This document shows, in pieces, positions 39,920-50,410 of a stretch of DNA of 64,000 nt. Both the position numbers and the translations under genes were made by a program. Source of the DNA: Octopus bimaculoides (Eukaryota). The notes below the pieces were generated by a model. That model was not told the DNA's origin. It did no database searches and worked only from the letters and a program-made list of their open reading frames with translations. The DNA lies in the NCBI RefSeq assembly GCF_001194135.2, contig NC_068986.1, positions 97,686,726-97,750,725 on the forward strand. The letters run 5' to 3'. Position 1 is the first letter of the stretch. Each line of letters begins with the position of its first letter.

Positions 39920-39974
39920 AACAACAAACAAGATGAGGACAAATATCTAGCAAATGTAAATAATGTAAATAACG

Positions 39975-40726
39975 TAATAGCATCAAGTTCCAAATAGATA
40001 AGAGCAGTGAATCGTCCCTTTGTAGGATGCGTGGCAGCAGAAACTAAATCAATCTTACATATCGTGGCCCAAAAGCACTACGAAGGGAGACTTGATAACG
40101 CTGCTAAGTTTGTTCAGTGGAGACTATGTGAAAAGCACTGTCTGGACAGAGTAACCAAATACTACAAGCATGAACCAGACAGCATCACTGAGAACAATGA
40201 CAATAAGATCCTGTAGAATTTTAAGATCGATTGTGGCTCCCTAATCTATGCTATGAGACCGGAGATTGTTGTGGTAGATAGAAGAATAAAGGAAAACAAG
40301 ACCAGAGATATTGCCAGACCAGGGGATGCACGGGTAGGTGATAAAGAGCTGGAAAAAATGGGAAAATAGCGACTACTAAAAGACGAAATTACAAGAATGT
40401 GAGCAATGAGGAGAGTAACTGATATCACAGAAGTTGTAAGGGGAATGGGAGCACTATCAACAATGTTCTAGAAACACGATGAAGGAATTGGAATTGACAT
40501 GAGGACAGAGCAGTTTCACAAAACTGTTCTACTAGGGACAGCTGAGATTTTCAGATTAATACTTGAGTGTGAGAATCTTCCACGATAGTTAGCATCCAAG
40601 TACCAAAGCTTATACTTTGTGGAAAACAGACTCTGTGTGACCTTTGAAACAGGTTGCTTTCCGCACTCACAGAATCAACCACAGCAAGCAAGATTGAGAG
40701 CTCTAAGCAGTAAAATACTAGGTGAT

Positions 40727-40805
<79 letters not shown>
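39975..40805 (+). mobile_element. R4/Dong-type LINE, CCHC and RLE portion with (ATC)n tail (3' part of the split element)
   Basis: IKFQIDKSSES..CR.C..ETKSILHIVAQKHYEGRLDNAAKFVQWRLC..RPEIVVVDRR..DIARPGDARVGDKELEK..KTVLLGTAEIF, then (ATC)n at about 40725-40805. Confidence 0.92.
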
Positions 40806-40806
<1 letters not shown>

Positions 40807-41699
40807 TATTATGATAATTATATACACATACATACAAACCTACGCGCATAAACACACATTGTCAATACAACATACAGTTATTATTGTTCAGATATTGATT
40901 TTTTTTTTCTTAATAGATTCCTACAAATACAGCAACAAATGGTATTTACGTGTATAAAATATATATGTTATATATTATACATACATATGCAGAAAACATA
41001 TATGAGAGACAGGGAGAGAAAGAGAAAGGGAGCGAGAGAGATACCGCTCATGTGTCTCATTCTTCGTTTGTCAATCGTTTGTTGATTTCAACAGAAAAAC
41101 TAACAAATATACATTTAAAATGGTCATAGATAGCGTTATTCTTTTCAAGTGAATAAGCACATCGGTTACTAAAAAGACGAACAAATATTATTTATCGATT
41201 TATAGGAAATTGTTTCTTTTTGCTATTGTCTGTCATTTGTTTTACGATTGTTTACTTACACGGATTTCATTATAGAAGCCGCGAATTCAATAACACCACA
41301 TAGTTCTGTAGTATATCTTCAGTTGCAAGTGAGAGTTACTTGTCGGCCATAAGAGCTAACAAGATAATCACAATATAACGGTACGATTTCCAAAACGCTT
41401 AGTAGAGCAATAGTCTTAGTGTGATTGTTGATGATGTTCTCGTTGATATCCAGCTTGTTAGTCTAGCCAACAAAATACGCATGATATTCCATTCATTTAA
41501 AAAAATTAGGGTACCATCAAGAAGTTCGATGCTATTCCCAGCTGAACACATGAATAAGTAAATTCCACTCTCTCTGCTGCAAAGTATCTATGTATGTATA
41601 TATGTATGTATTTATATGCATGCAAATGAGTATGTATTATTTTTGCATGTAGTTAGGTGTAGCACTCCGATCTTTCATTTCCCATCCTTCTTTCTCATT

Positions 41700-41770
41700 C
41701 ACTTCCCTCTTTCCTTTTTTCTGATGAATGCCAATCGTCCGAAACGTTAAGCATTTTTCCTTCTTTCAAG
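41700..41770 (+). mobile_element. Degenerate Penelope-type terminus with hammerhead core boxes
   Basis: TTTT CTGATGA atgccaatcgtcc GAAACGTT AAG. Both conserved boxes are present but stem II no longer pairs. Confidence 0.45.
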
Positions 41771-42076
41771 TATTATACTAGAAAACATGTGCGTGTGTGT
41801 ATGTGCGTGTGTATGTGTGTATTCATATTAGTACCTAGAATATATTTAAAACACCAGATAGATATGTCGAGTCGTGTCAGTATAATGTTTGTTTAAATAA
41901 TATTAATTAGTTTTCTAGCAGCGTTTATATAAAGAATGTTTACTGAAAATTAGGTATCTCGAATATATCTTACAAATTAGATATGTAAATAATTAATTTA
42001 ATCTAGAAATTTATGTAGACTTCTAAATACAATATATATTGAATAGAAATCTGTTTTTACACCCAATTGTATGCAT

Positions 42077-42109
<33 letters not shown>

Positions 42110-42289
42110 NNNNNNNNNNNNNNNNNNNNNNNNNNNNNNNNNNNNNNNNNNNNNNNNNNNNNNNNNNNNNNNNNNNNNNNNNNNNNNNNNNNNNNNNNNN
42201 NNNNNNNNNNNNNNNNNNNNNNNNNNNNNNNNNNNNNNNNNNNNNNNNNNNNNNNNNNNNNNNNNTATATATACATATATGTTTATCCA

Positions 42290-42324
<35 letters not shown>

Positions 42325-42782
42325 GCACACATACTACACACAGAAACACAAACATACGCGCCACACAGATACTATCACACACATACCACATACTACTACG
42401 AAACACAGATACACACGCATATGATACTATAACACATACAACATACTACTCAAACAAAGACAAGAACACACGCATACAAATTCTACAATACATACACATA
42501 CTACTCACACATGCACAAACACACGCACACAGATACTACCACACGCACACACATACTGACCACCTTCACATTCTCCTGTCATAAAATCCACTTTTTCTAT
42601 CTCTTTCTACTTCCGGTCACTTCAGCAATGTATCTACATGTGCGCTATTGGCGAATTATTTTCATTCCCCTTCTCCTTTCGAAGAGCTATGCTCGAAATT
42701 TCACACTCTCTCCATTCACTGATCGTCAAGCTAATACTTTTCTTATGCCCGTCCCCATGTTGTTCGTTTTCGTTCGTTTATT

Positions 42783-42849
<67 letters not shown>

Positions 42850-44724
42850 ATATATCATACGAAGAATTTGACAAATTGCCATGTATTGAAGTGGTACTTT
42901 GGACGAAGTGCTCAGAAAAGAAGTATCTAAACCATACAACATTGGTTGCAAAATTTATATTGATTTTGTTATCATTTTTGAGAGAATTTATATTTTATGC
43001 GCTGTAGTACATTTTGGCTTTTGTATTTTGCTGTTGAAGTGTCATGCTTAAATCTCAAGAGTTTTCTGCAAACTACATTGTTGCTCGACAGTAGATTAAT
43101 TTAATGTTTTCTTTACTCCGAATACTTTTCATTCGGTATTTATCCTATTTTGTATGTGCTATTTTTAATCAAAGAAACTGTAAAGAAATATAAATAAATT
43201 AATACATGTTCTTTTCTTTCTATCTCTCATCTACACCCAGAGGAAATTAAATCAACTGTAGTTAGTCACAAAGAAATGAATGTATTTTTACGATAATTTT
43301 CCAAGACCCCCACCCAACACCTATTGTGAATTGCAGATTTGCTCGAGACACGATGCTTTCTTCCTAAAACTTTTTGCTTGAATGTTTATTACTTTCTTAG
43401 AATATCCATTATGTTATTCTCGGCGCGATATCACCTGGTGCTTAAAGCAAAGTTTATTTATCCCTTTTTTAATGAAAACGAGATGATGGTTGTTAATTTT
43501 CCTCCAGTAGATCATAACATCGTTGGTATTTATTTTGATATTTATCAACATTTACATTTTGAGAAATGAATCACGCAATTCTTATTCTACTTCTTCTAAA
43601 TACTAATGTAGTGGCTGTGTTGGAGTACAAAATGTTCATACCATGTATTTGCAATTATTTATTATTTAGTTTTCTTATATTGACAGCAAGTATTTAGATA
43701 ATTATTAATATTTTAGTTAAGAATTTTTATATTTTCTTCTCTTGACATGCCCTGAAAAGTTTCATTAATCGCTAAAATATTAACTATAGTTAGAGATGTT
43801 GGAAAACTTAAACTGTTGTTAATTTTCCTCAGGTAGAAAATAACATTTCTATAATGATTGATATTTATATGAGTTTTTCTCAACATCTACGTTCTGAATA
43901 ACGATACTCATATGTTATATCTTCTAAATACATTTGGATAAAAAAAAGAAGAAAAAAAAGGATTTTAAGCAATCTCTTAGACAAAGAAGTTATCATGCGC
44001 TTTTCTATACTTGCTGTTTAGTTTTCATACCGACAAGAAGGATTTAGATCGTTATTGACTATTTAGTGTCCATAATTCATTAACATGTCACGCGTTGAAA
44101 ATTTTCATTAATCTCTGAAATATTATTTATACGGAGAGATGTTGTATGATGTGACCTGATATGTAAGTATTGTTAAAGTTTTATATAAATATTGGTGAAA
44201 ACACTGCACTATAAGTGGCACATATAAGTGTGTGGGTGTGGTTTGTGTGACGTAATCAAAATACTGACCATAATAGTACACATTTACAATCACCATCATC
44301 ACCAAGATCACCACCACCAGCTCCATTACCACAGGAATTAGATATGCAGTAAGAAGCAAAGAATATGAGATTGTATCAATTGTGATCCCAATGTCACAAG
44401 CACAGGATGCCAAAGGATTGATTTTAGAGTAAACAATTTGTGCAGAGAGTAATGCATTCATATTCGAGTGGCAGCAAACACAGAGATATTACGAAAGAGG
44501 AATTAAATAGGAGGAAGTGTTAAGCCTAGAAAACATCAAAGAAAGAAAAAGGAAAAAGGGAAACTAGGAAGTGAAGGAGAGGGACGGGAAAGGCAAAGTA
44601 AATGGGACGACTATAAGGAAGAGAGTATTAGAAATATGGAAGTACTATGAAAGAGGCTAAATAACATCCAATGAAATCAAGTAGAATATCGAGTCAAATA
44701 TTAAGCAAAATATAGCAGTATATT

Positions 44725-44874
44725 CTTTTCTACTCGAAATTTTCGGGGAGGGGCCAGTCGATTAGATCAACCCTAGTACGCAACAAATACTTCATTTATC
44801 GACCTCGAAATGATGAAAGGCAAAGTTGAGCTCGGCGGAATTGGAACGCAGAACGTAAAGACAGACGAGATACC
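44725..44874 (-). mobile_element. SINE family A, tail type 1, cut at GAGATACC
   Basis: Aligns to the 29810 copy. Confidence 0.9.
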
Positions 44875-45097
44875 TATTTCGTTATTGCCCACAAGGGGCT
44901 AAACATAGAGGGAACAAACAAGAACAGACGAACGGATTAAGTCGATTTCAGTGCGTAACTGGTACTTAATTTATCGACCCCGAAAGGATGAAAGGCAAAG
45001 TCGACCTCGGCGGAATTTGAACTCAGAACGTAACGACAGACGAAATACCGTTAAGCATTTCGCCCGGCGTGCTATCGTTTCTGCCAGCTCGCCGCCT
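44875..45097 (-). mobile_element. SINE family A, tail type 2, complete head
   Basis: Aligns to the 30011 copy. Confidence 0.93.
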
Positions 45098-45130
45098 TAA
45101 TATACTAATATATTAACATGCATAATTATT

Positions 45131-45344
45131 CTTTTCTACTCTAGGCAAAAGAGACCGAAAGTTTTGAGGAGGGGTCCAATCGATTGGATCCACCCCAATA
45201 CGCAACTGATACTGAAATTATTGAGCCCGAAAGGGAGAAAGGTAAAGTCAACCTCGGTAGAATTTGAACTCAGAACGTAAAGTTAGACGAAATACCGCTA
45301 AGCATAACACCCGGCGGGCTAACGTTTCTGCCACCACGCCGCCT
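45131..45344 (-). mobile_element. SINE family A, tail type 1, full length
   Basis: Tail CTTTTCTACTCTAGGC through head CACGCCGCCT, flanked by direct repeat TATATTAACATGCATAATTATT. Confidence 0.9.
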
Positions 45345-45855
45345 TAACATAGCAGTATATTAACATGCATAATTATTGCAAAATAAATAATGTAAAAGAG
45401 AAGAAAAATATCAGTGGGAATCATTAAGACACTTTCTAACAAGATACTAACCAGATAATTAATCTCATAGGAAATAGTTAATACTATTATAAAAAGATTA
45501 TAATTGATTGAAAGAGAATAAATTGTAAAAGATAAGAGAAGAACGATAATAATAATAATCAAAACTGAAATGCAGTCGGTAGAAATGCATGTGTAAATTT
45601 ATGTCAGTTACCTATATTGAATCTTTAAAAGGATTTAATAAATTAGTGTGAAGAACTCATTATTTTTTTCCAATTATTTAAGATTTACATCTTAGGAACT
45701 GAAGTGCAGCCATGCAAAATAGATTACTACTATACAGAAGTTCGTTGCGATTAATTGAAAAGGAAATAGAGTAAATAATATTTCTATCATCAAGCTCTAA
45801 ATGAGTTTTACTAATTTTGTATTGGGTAGCTTGCACTTATAGGTTTCGAATTTTT

Positions 45856-46032
45856 GCACAAGGCCAGCAATTTCGGATGAGGGTGTAAGTCAATAACATC
45901 GCCCCCTAGTGATCAATTGGTGCTATTTTATCGGGTCTGAAAGAAAGAAAGGCAATGTCGGCCTCGGCGGAATTTGGACTAAGAGCTTTAAGATGGACGA
46001 AATGCTGCCAAGCCTTTTGACCGGCGTGCTAA
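45856..46032 (-). mobile_element. SINE family A, older tail type 3, degenerate
   Basis: GCACAAGGCCAGCAATTT tail, AAAGGCAATGTCGGCCTCGGCGGAATTTGG core. Confidence 0.75.
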
Positions 46033-46084
46033 AACATTGTCCCATTGTACCACTTTAATTTGAACATTTTATTGAAAAACTGTT

Positions 46085-46255
46085 TGTCTTCGTGTTTGTG
46101 TTCTTGTGTCTGGGTTTGTCCCCCACCACCGCTTCACTACCGGTGTTGGTCTGTTTAATTCTCTGTGACACTGGGATCACAATTAGAATTAAAAAGACAG
46201 TAACGAGGTCGATTTTTTCGAGTATAATTCTTTAAGGCCGTGCCCAAGCATTGAT
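46085..46255 (+). mobile_element. Degenerate SINE family C 3' part
   Basis: GTGTCTGGGTTTGTCCCCCACCACCGCTTCACTACCGGTGTTGGT parallels 9920-9970. Confidence 0.6.
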
Positions 46256-46329
46256 GCATTCTAATGATTGGAACAATTAGAAGATAAGAGAAAATATATA
46301 TACCCACATAATCATACACGCAAAAACAC

Positions 46330-46330
<1 letters not shown>

Positions 46331-46401
<71 letters not shown>

Positions 46402-46410
46402 GTCTATCTA
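46331..46410. repeat. (TATC)n microsatellite
   Basis: Read directly. Confidence 0.97.
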
Positions 46411-47104
46411 TACACACACGCACATATATAAATATGTATGNNNNNNNNNNNNNNNNNNNNNNNNNNNNNNNNNNNNNNNNNNNNNNNNNNNNNNNNNNNN
46501 NNNNNNNNNNNNNNNNNNNNNNNNNNNNNNTATATATATATATTTCGATACACGCACTCACATGCACATATTCGCTACAATTATTTTTTTTTATAACTAG
46601 GTCAAAGAATGTAAAGTCTAATGAAATTATATAGACGTATATCAATAAGAATCGCAGAACGAGAAATATAGGTTTTTGAAACGTGTGTTAGTCTTTCGGC
46701 TGAAGTAACAAATAGGAAGAATCTTGAATTTAATGAGGATATGCAAGGAAATAGAATTAACTAAATATAAAAAGAATGATAAAATCCCGGGTAATTACTG
46801 GCAACATATTCATATATTACAGTCTCTACAATGTAAAGAAAAATTGGACACGAAGTAACCCGGTGTAAAAAAAATAATAAAAGAACACCAATCTAATTAT
46901 ATTACTTTTTCATTTGCTGAGAACAATATTGAAAAGATAACAGAGAAAGAATATTATGAAAAAGCAAGCAAAGACAAAATCGAGGATAATATGAGGAAAT
47001 AATTGTAATTAGCTCCATGTAATGATGAAAGAAATATTTATTTCCTTTGTATGAAAGTAATTATTTAGTTTAAGAATGTAATTAGAATTTAAATTAAGAC
47101 ACTC

Positions 47105-47215
47105 TTGTGGCTAAATAGTTCGTTTGATAACCACGTGTTTCCGGTTCTCAGATGCGTGGCATCTAAGTCAAGTGCCATGTAAAATAGCCTAAGGTTGACG
47201 AATGCCTATTTACTT
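47105..47215 (+). mobile_element. Degenerate SINE family C 5' part
   Basis: AACCACGTGTTTCCGGTT..TGCGTGGCATCTAAGTCAAGTG..AATAGCCTAAGGTTGAC..GCCT; the 3' part parallels 9817-9855. Confidence 0.45.
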
Positions 47216-47272
47216 TTTCCTGAGTAGAATAATGCCAACAACATGTGTAATGCGTGAAGAAAATCGTTATTG

Positions 47273-47329
<57 letters not shown>

Positions 47330-47686
47330 GTGTGGCACTTAATTGTGCTTAACCAAAAGATGTACTGGAATTGACAACTTTAACTATATCCCTTTAAGGT
47401 ATTGCATCAAAAATGGTCGTAATCCAGAAACTGAATACAAGATATTAGAAGAGCAACCAATAGATTACACACTTAATTATGGTATCGTGCAGCATGCAAA
47501 ATAATGCAAAAAGAAAATAGGTATTCAAAAGAAGCGTACATACAATAAATAAATAAATAAATAAATAAATAGAAACATAGTTAAGCATGTTTGATTGACA
47601 GAAGAGTTAATATAGAATTAGATTTTAGCAACATTACATAAAAGTCTAGGTTCAAATTCCACATACATACATGCATACATATATAT

Positions 47687-47733
<47 letters not shown>

Positions 47734-47773
47734 TACTTTATTAAACAGCAACAAAATTATCACATAAAAAGCA

Positions 47774-47818
47774 AATGTGTCCGAAGAACGGGAGCGTGAA
47801 ACTCTTGAGTAACAGTTT
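47774..47818 (+). ncRNA. Hammerhead-like motif with U4C variant core (probable Penelope-type terminus)
   Basis: UGU CCGAAGA ACG ggag CGU GAAA CUC uu GAG UA ACA: stems I, II and III all pair, GUA cleavage triplet, but the core is CCGAAGA instead of CUGANGA. Confidence 0.5.
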
Positions 47819-47968
47819 TTGTGATTTTTTTTGTGCTTTTTAATACAGCATATTACTCTACCGCTGGCATTCGAGTACTATTTTTCCACCTTGCTTTGCA
47901 TTTATGTGCTTACTGTGGTATATATATATATATAAATTTGTTTTTATTATATATTTAAAGCTTTAACC

Positions 47969-49870
47969 CATTGGTCTCCAAACTTTTTCAAGCTTTTCAT
48001 CCTGCGGAACCTCGCCCACTTTTTCGATTCTTCGCGGACCCTCCCCGCGAGCCAAAATGAAAAAAATTAGAGAAGACTAACACAGAAAAATGAAGTTGTA
48101 TAAAATAATTGTTCATGAGATCAAATTTTACTGATAGAATAAAAAATTTCAATGAGAGGGGTGAACTGTAAGATGTCCACCGTATTAGGCCGCGTTTGTG
48201 ATAATGTGGTCCTCATGTGATCCGTGACATCCAGTTTATTGCTAGCCTTTGTATTAATTGCGAGTAAAGTTGTAAAAGCAGTCTCACATTCGTACATTGT
48301 TGCGAATGGAACGGTGATTTTGAGGGCGGATTTTGCGACATCTGGACAAGACTTCATCATTTCAATCCAGAATTCACTGTAACACATGTTACGGAAGGCG
48401 TTCTTTGCACCTCCATCATTCGACAAGTCAATGAACCGTTCTTGAGTGACATAATCTTCCGACGGACGTTCAGCAGCAGAGATTGCAAAGGGATTGGTGA
48501 TAAAATGAACTTTTTCCCAGTTTTGTAGGTCGAAGAAATATATTTTAATTTCACCATGAAGAATTAAGACATGCTGTTTCATTATGTCTAGGATTTCAGC
48601 ATCACCTCGAAGGCCATCTTCATCAATGAAAGTATCGAGTTTCGGAAATGGTGCAAAATTCTCACTTTACAATTTAGAATGCCATAAATGGAGCTTCATT
48701 TTAAATTCAGTCATTTCTTCATGACAGTGCACAACGGTGATGTCCTTTCCTCGTAGTGCTAAATTAACAGAATTAACTGATTCGAAAATGTTGACCAAAA
48801 AGGAGAGACATATAAGGAAACGAGTATTGGAGAATTTTTTATGCAGTTCTTTTTTAGCATTACGAAGAAATTCGTGTATCTCCTTTCGTAGAATGAAGAC
48901 TTTTTCAGTACTCTCCCTTCGGATAACCATCTCACATGCAAATACATTAACAGAGTCTGAAACTCGAAGTCATACTCCAAGTCATTTTCCGAGTCAGCAA
49001 AAGGACGTGATTTTAGAGAATTGGCTTTGATAAAATTTACCGATTTGACCGCATCATTCAAATCATTCTTCAAACGATGAGGTATGGTTTTAACCATCAA
49101 TGTTTAGCGATGAAGTGTACACCGCGTACTAATTGCGTTAGGAGACTTCTCCTTGCTGGAGCACCGTCGATGCACACGCCAGCGACGTGCTCCTTCTTTA
49201 TGCTACGCGTATTAAATAATTGATCCACTTTCTGGAATATATCGTTTGCATTGGTTCGGGTGTTGAGGGTTTCACAAAAATGGAATTCATCTTCCAGGCG
49301 CTTGTTATGCATATAACATGCATAAACACAAAGTTGTGTTAAATCCGCCACGTCAGTGGTTTCATCAGTTTGGATGGTGATGTAGTTAAACATTAATGCT
49401 TTTATCTTTGAGATGATCTGAGACAAAATATTATCAGACAGCTCAACGATTCGTCGACTGATAAATATGTTCCGAGTGCGAGTGAGATTATATCTTTGCA
49501 GCAAGGAAGAACTAACTGCTCTCCTATGTCAGGAGGATTTTTGAAGCAGCAATTTTCCTCGAATCTTTGTAGGAGGGTTTCAGACCAATCGCCACGTCCT
49601 TCATACACATTCTTGTGTCATCAAGTCTGGATTTGACGTATCTGTCAGCTTGGTGTCAGAAAAATCCTTCGTCGTTGTTGAATGCACGAGAATGTTTTGT
49701 TTCCAAATTCCTCTTTAGCCTACTGGGCTTCAGCGAAGAAGCTGCTAATTCCTCAGAGCACAGAACACACTGTGGTTTTTCTACTACACCAGCAGTAAGC
49801 ACAGTGAAACCAAAGCTCAAATATAGCTCGTCAGATCACCTTTTCTTTGCAAAAGACACTCTAGAAATAA
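47969..49870 (-). mobile_element. hAT transposon of the Buster/Charlie group (ZBED5/ZBED8-like transposase), frameshifted
   Basis: KPQCVLCSEELAASSLKPSRLKRNLETKH zinc finger; IQTDETTDVADLTQL; VCIDGAP; HVRWLS; CYSEFW..PFATMYECETAF dimerisation region. TIR CATTGGTCTCCAAACTTTTT at 47969-47988, preceded by 8-mer CTTTAACC (nnnTAnnn). Confidence 0.93.
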
Positions 49871-50410
49871 ATATGACAATATGTATATGTTGTGCTGTAT
49901 AAATGCACAAAATTTTGTACTATTTCACTCTGTTGAGAAAACTATTTTACTCTTATCAGTATAAATATATATAAAATACATAATATATATATAAAAATTC
50001 CAGCGTAGAAGATGATTATAAGCCATTTAAGAAACACACAAAAACCGTTAGATTCACTTCAACATTTAAATTTAATTTGCCAAAATATTTTCGTCGCTTT
50101 GAGACCGCGACCTGTTCACTGACAAAATTCTGTGCTGCATCCGAGAAAGTAACATTTAGTTCATGATATATATGTACGTACGTACGTACGTATGTTTGTA
50201 TGTATGTATGTATGTATGTATGTAAGTATGTACGTATGTACTTATGCATGTACGTGAGTATTTAGGTAAGTGTGTAGGCATATCTGTGTGTGTGTACATG
50301 TTTATGTATATGTGAACGTATGTTTATGTACTGATATGTGCCTGTTCAAGTTGTAAACATGACATTTACTTTGTTGAAGGTTCTATACACACACACATAT
50401 ATATACATAT

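Larger units (their letters stand above)
38269..39974 (-). mobile_element. Composite insertion: tRNA-like head, (AAT)n, Penelope-type hammerhead-bearing inverted termini; 12-bp TSD
   Basis: TSD TAATAACATCAA (38257-38268) / TAATAGCATCAA (39975-39986). 112-bp inverted arms at 38307-38418 and 39860-39971. B box GAGTTCGATTCC on the minus strand at 39810-39821. Confidence 0.85.

Noticed and set aside
11830-49870. Host genes TIGD1 or ZBED5/ZBED8
   Set aside because: The Tigger piece is a fragment next to a gap, and the hAT ORF is broken by stops and frameshifts and retains a TIR; both are transposon fossils, so no symbol is assigned.
50095-50115. Possible second TIR of the hAT element (GCTTTGAGACCGCGA)
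   Set aside because: Only about 10 of 15 matches, and no CTTTAACC TSD follows.
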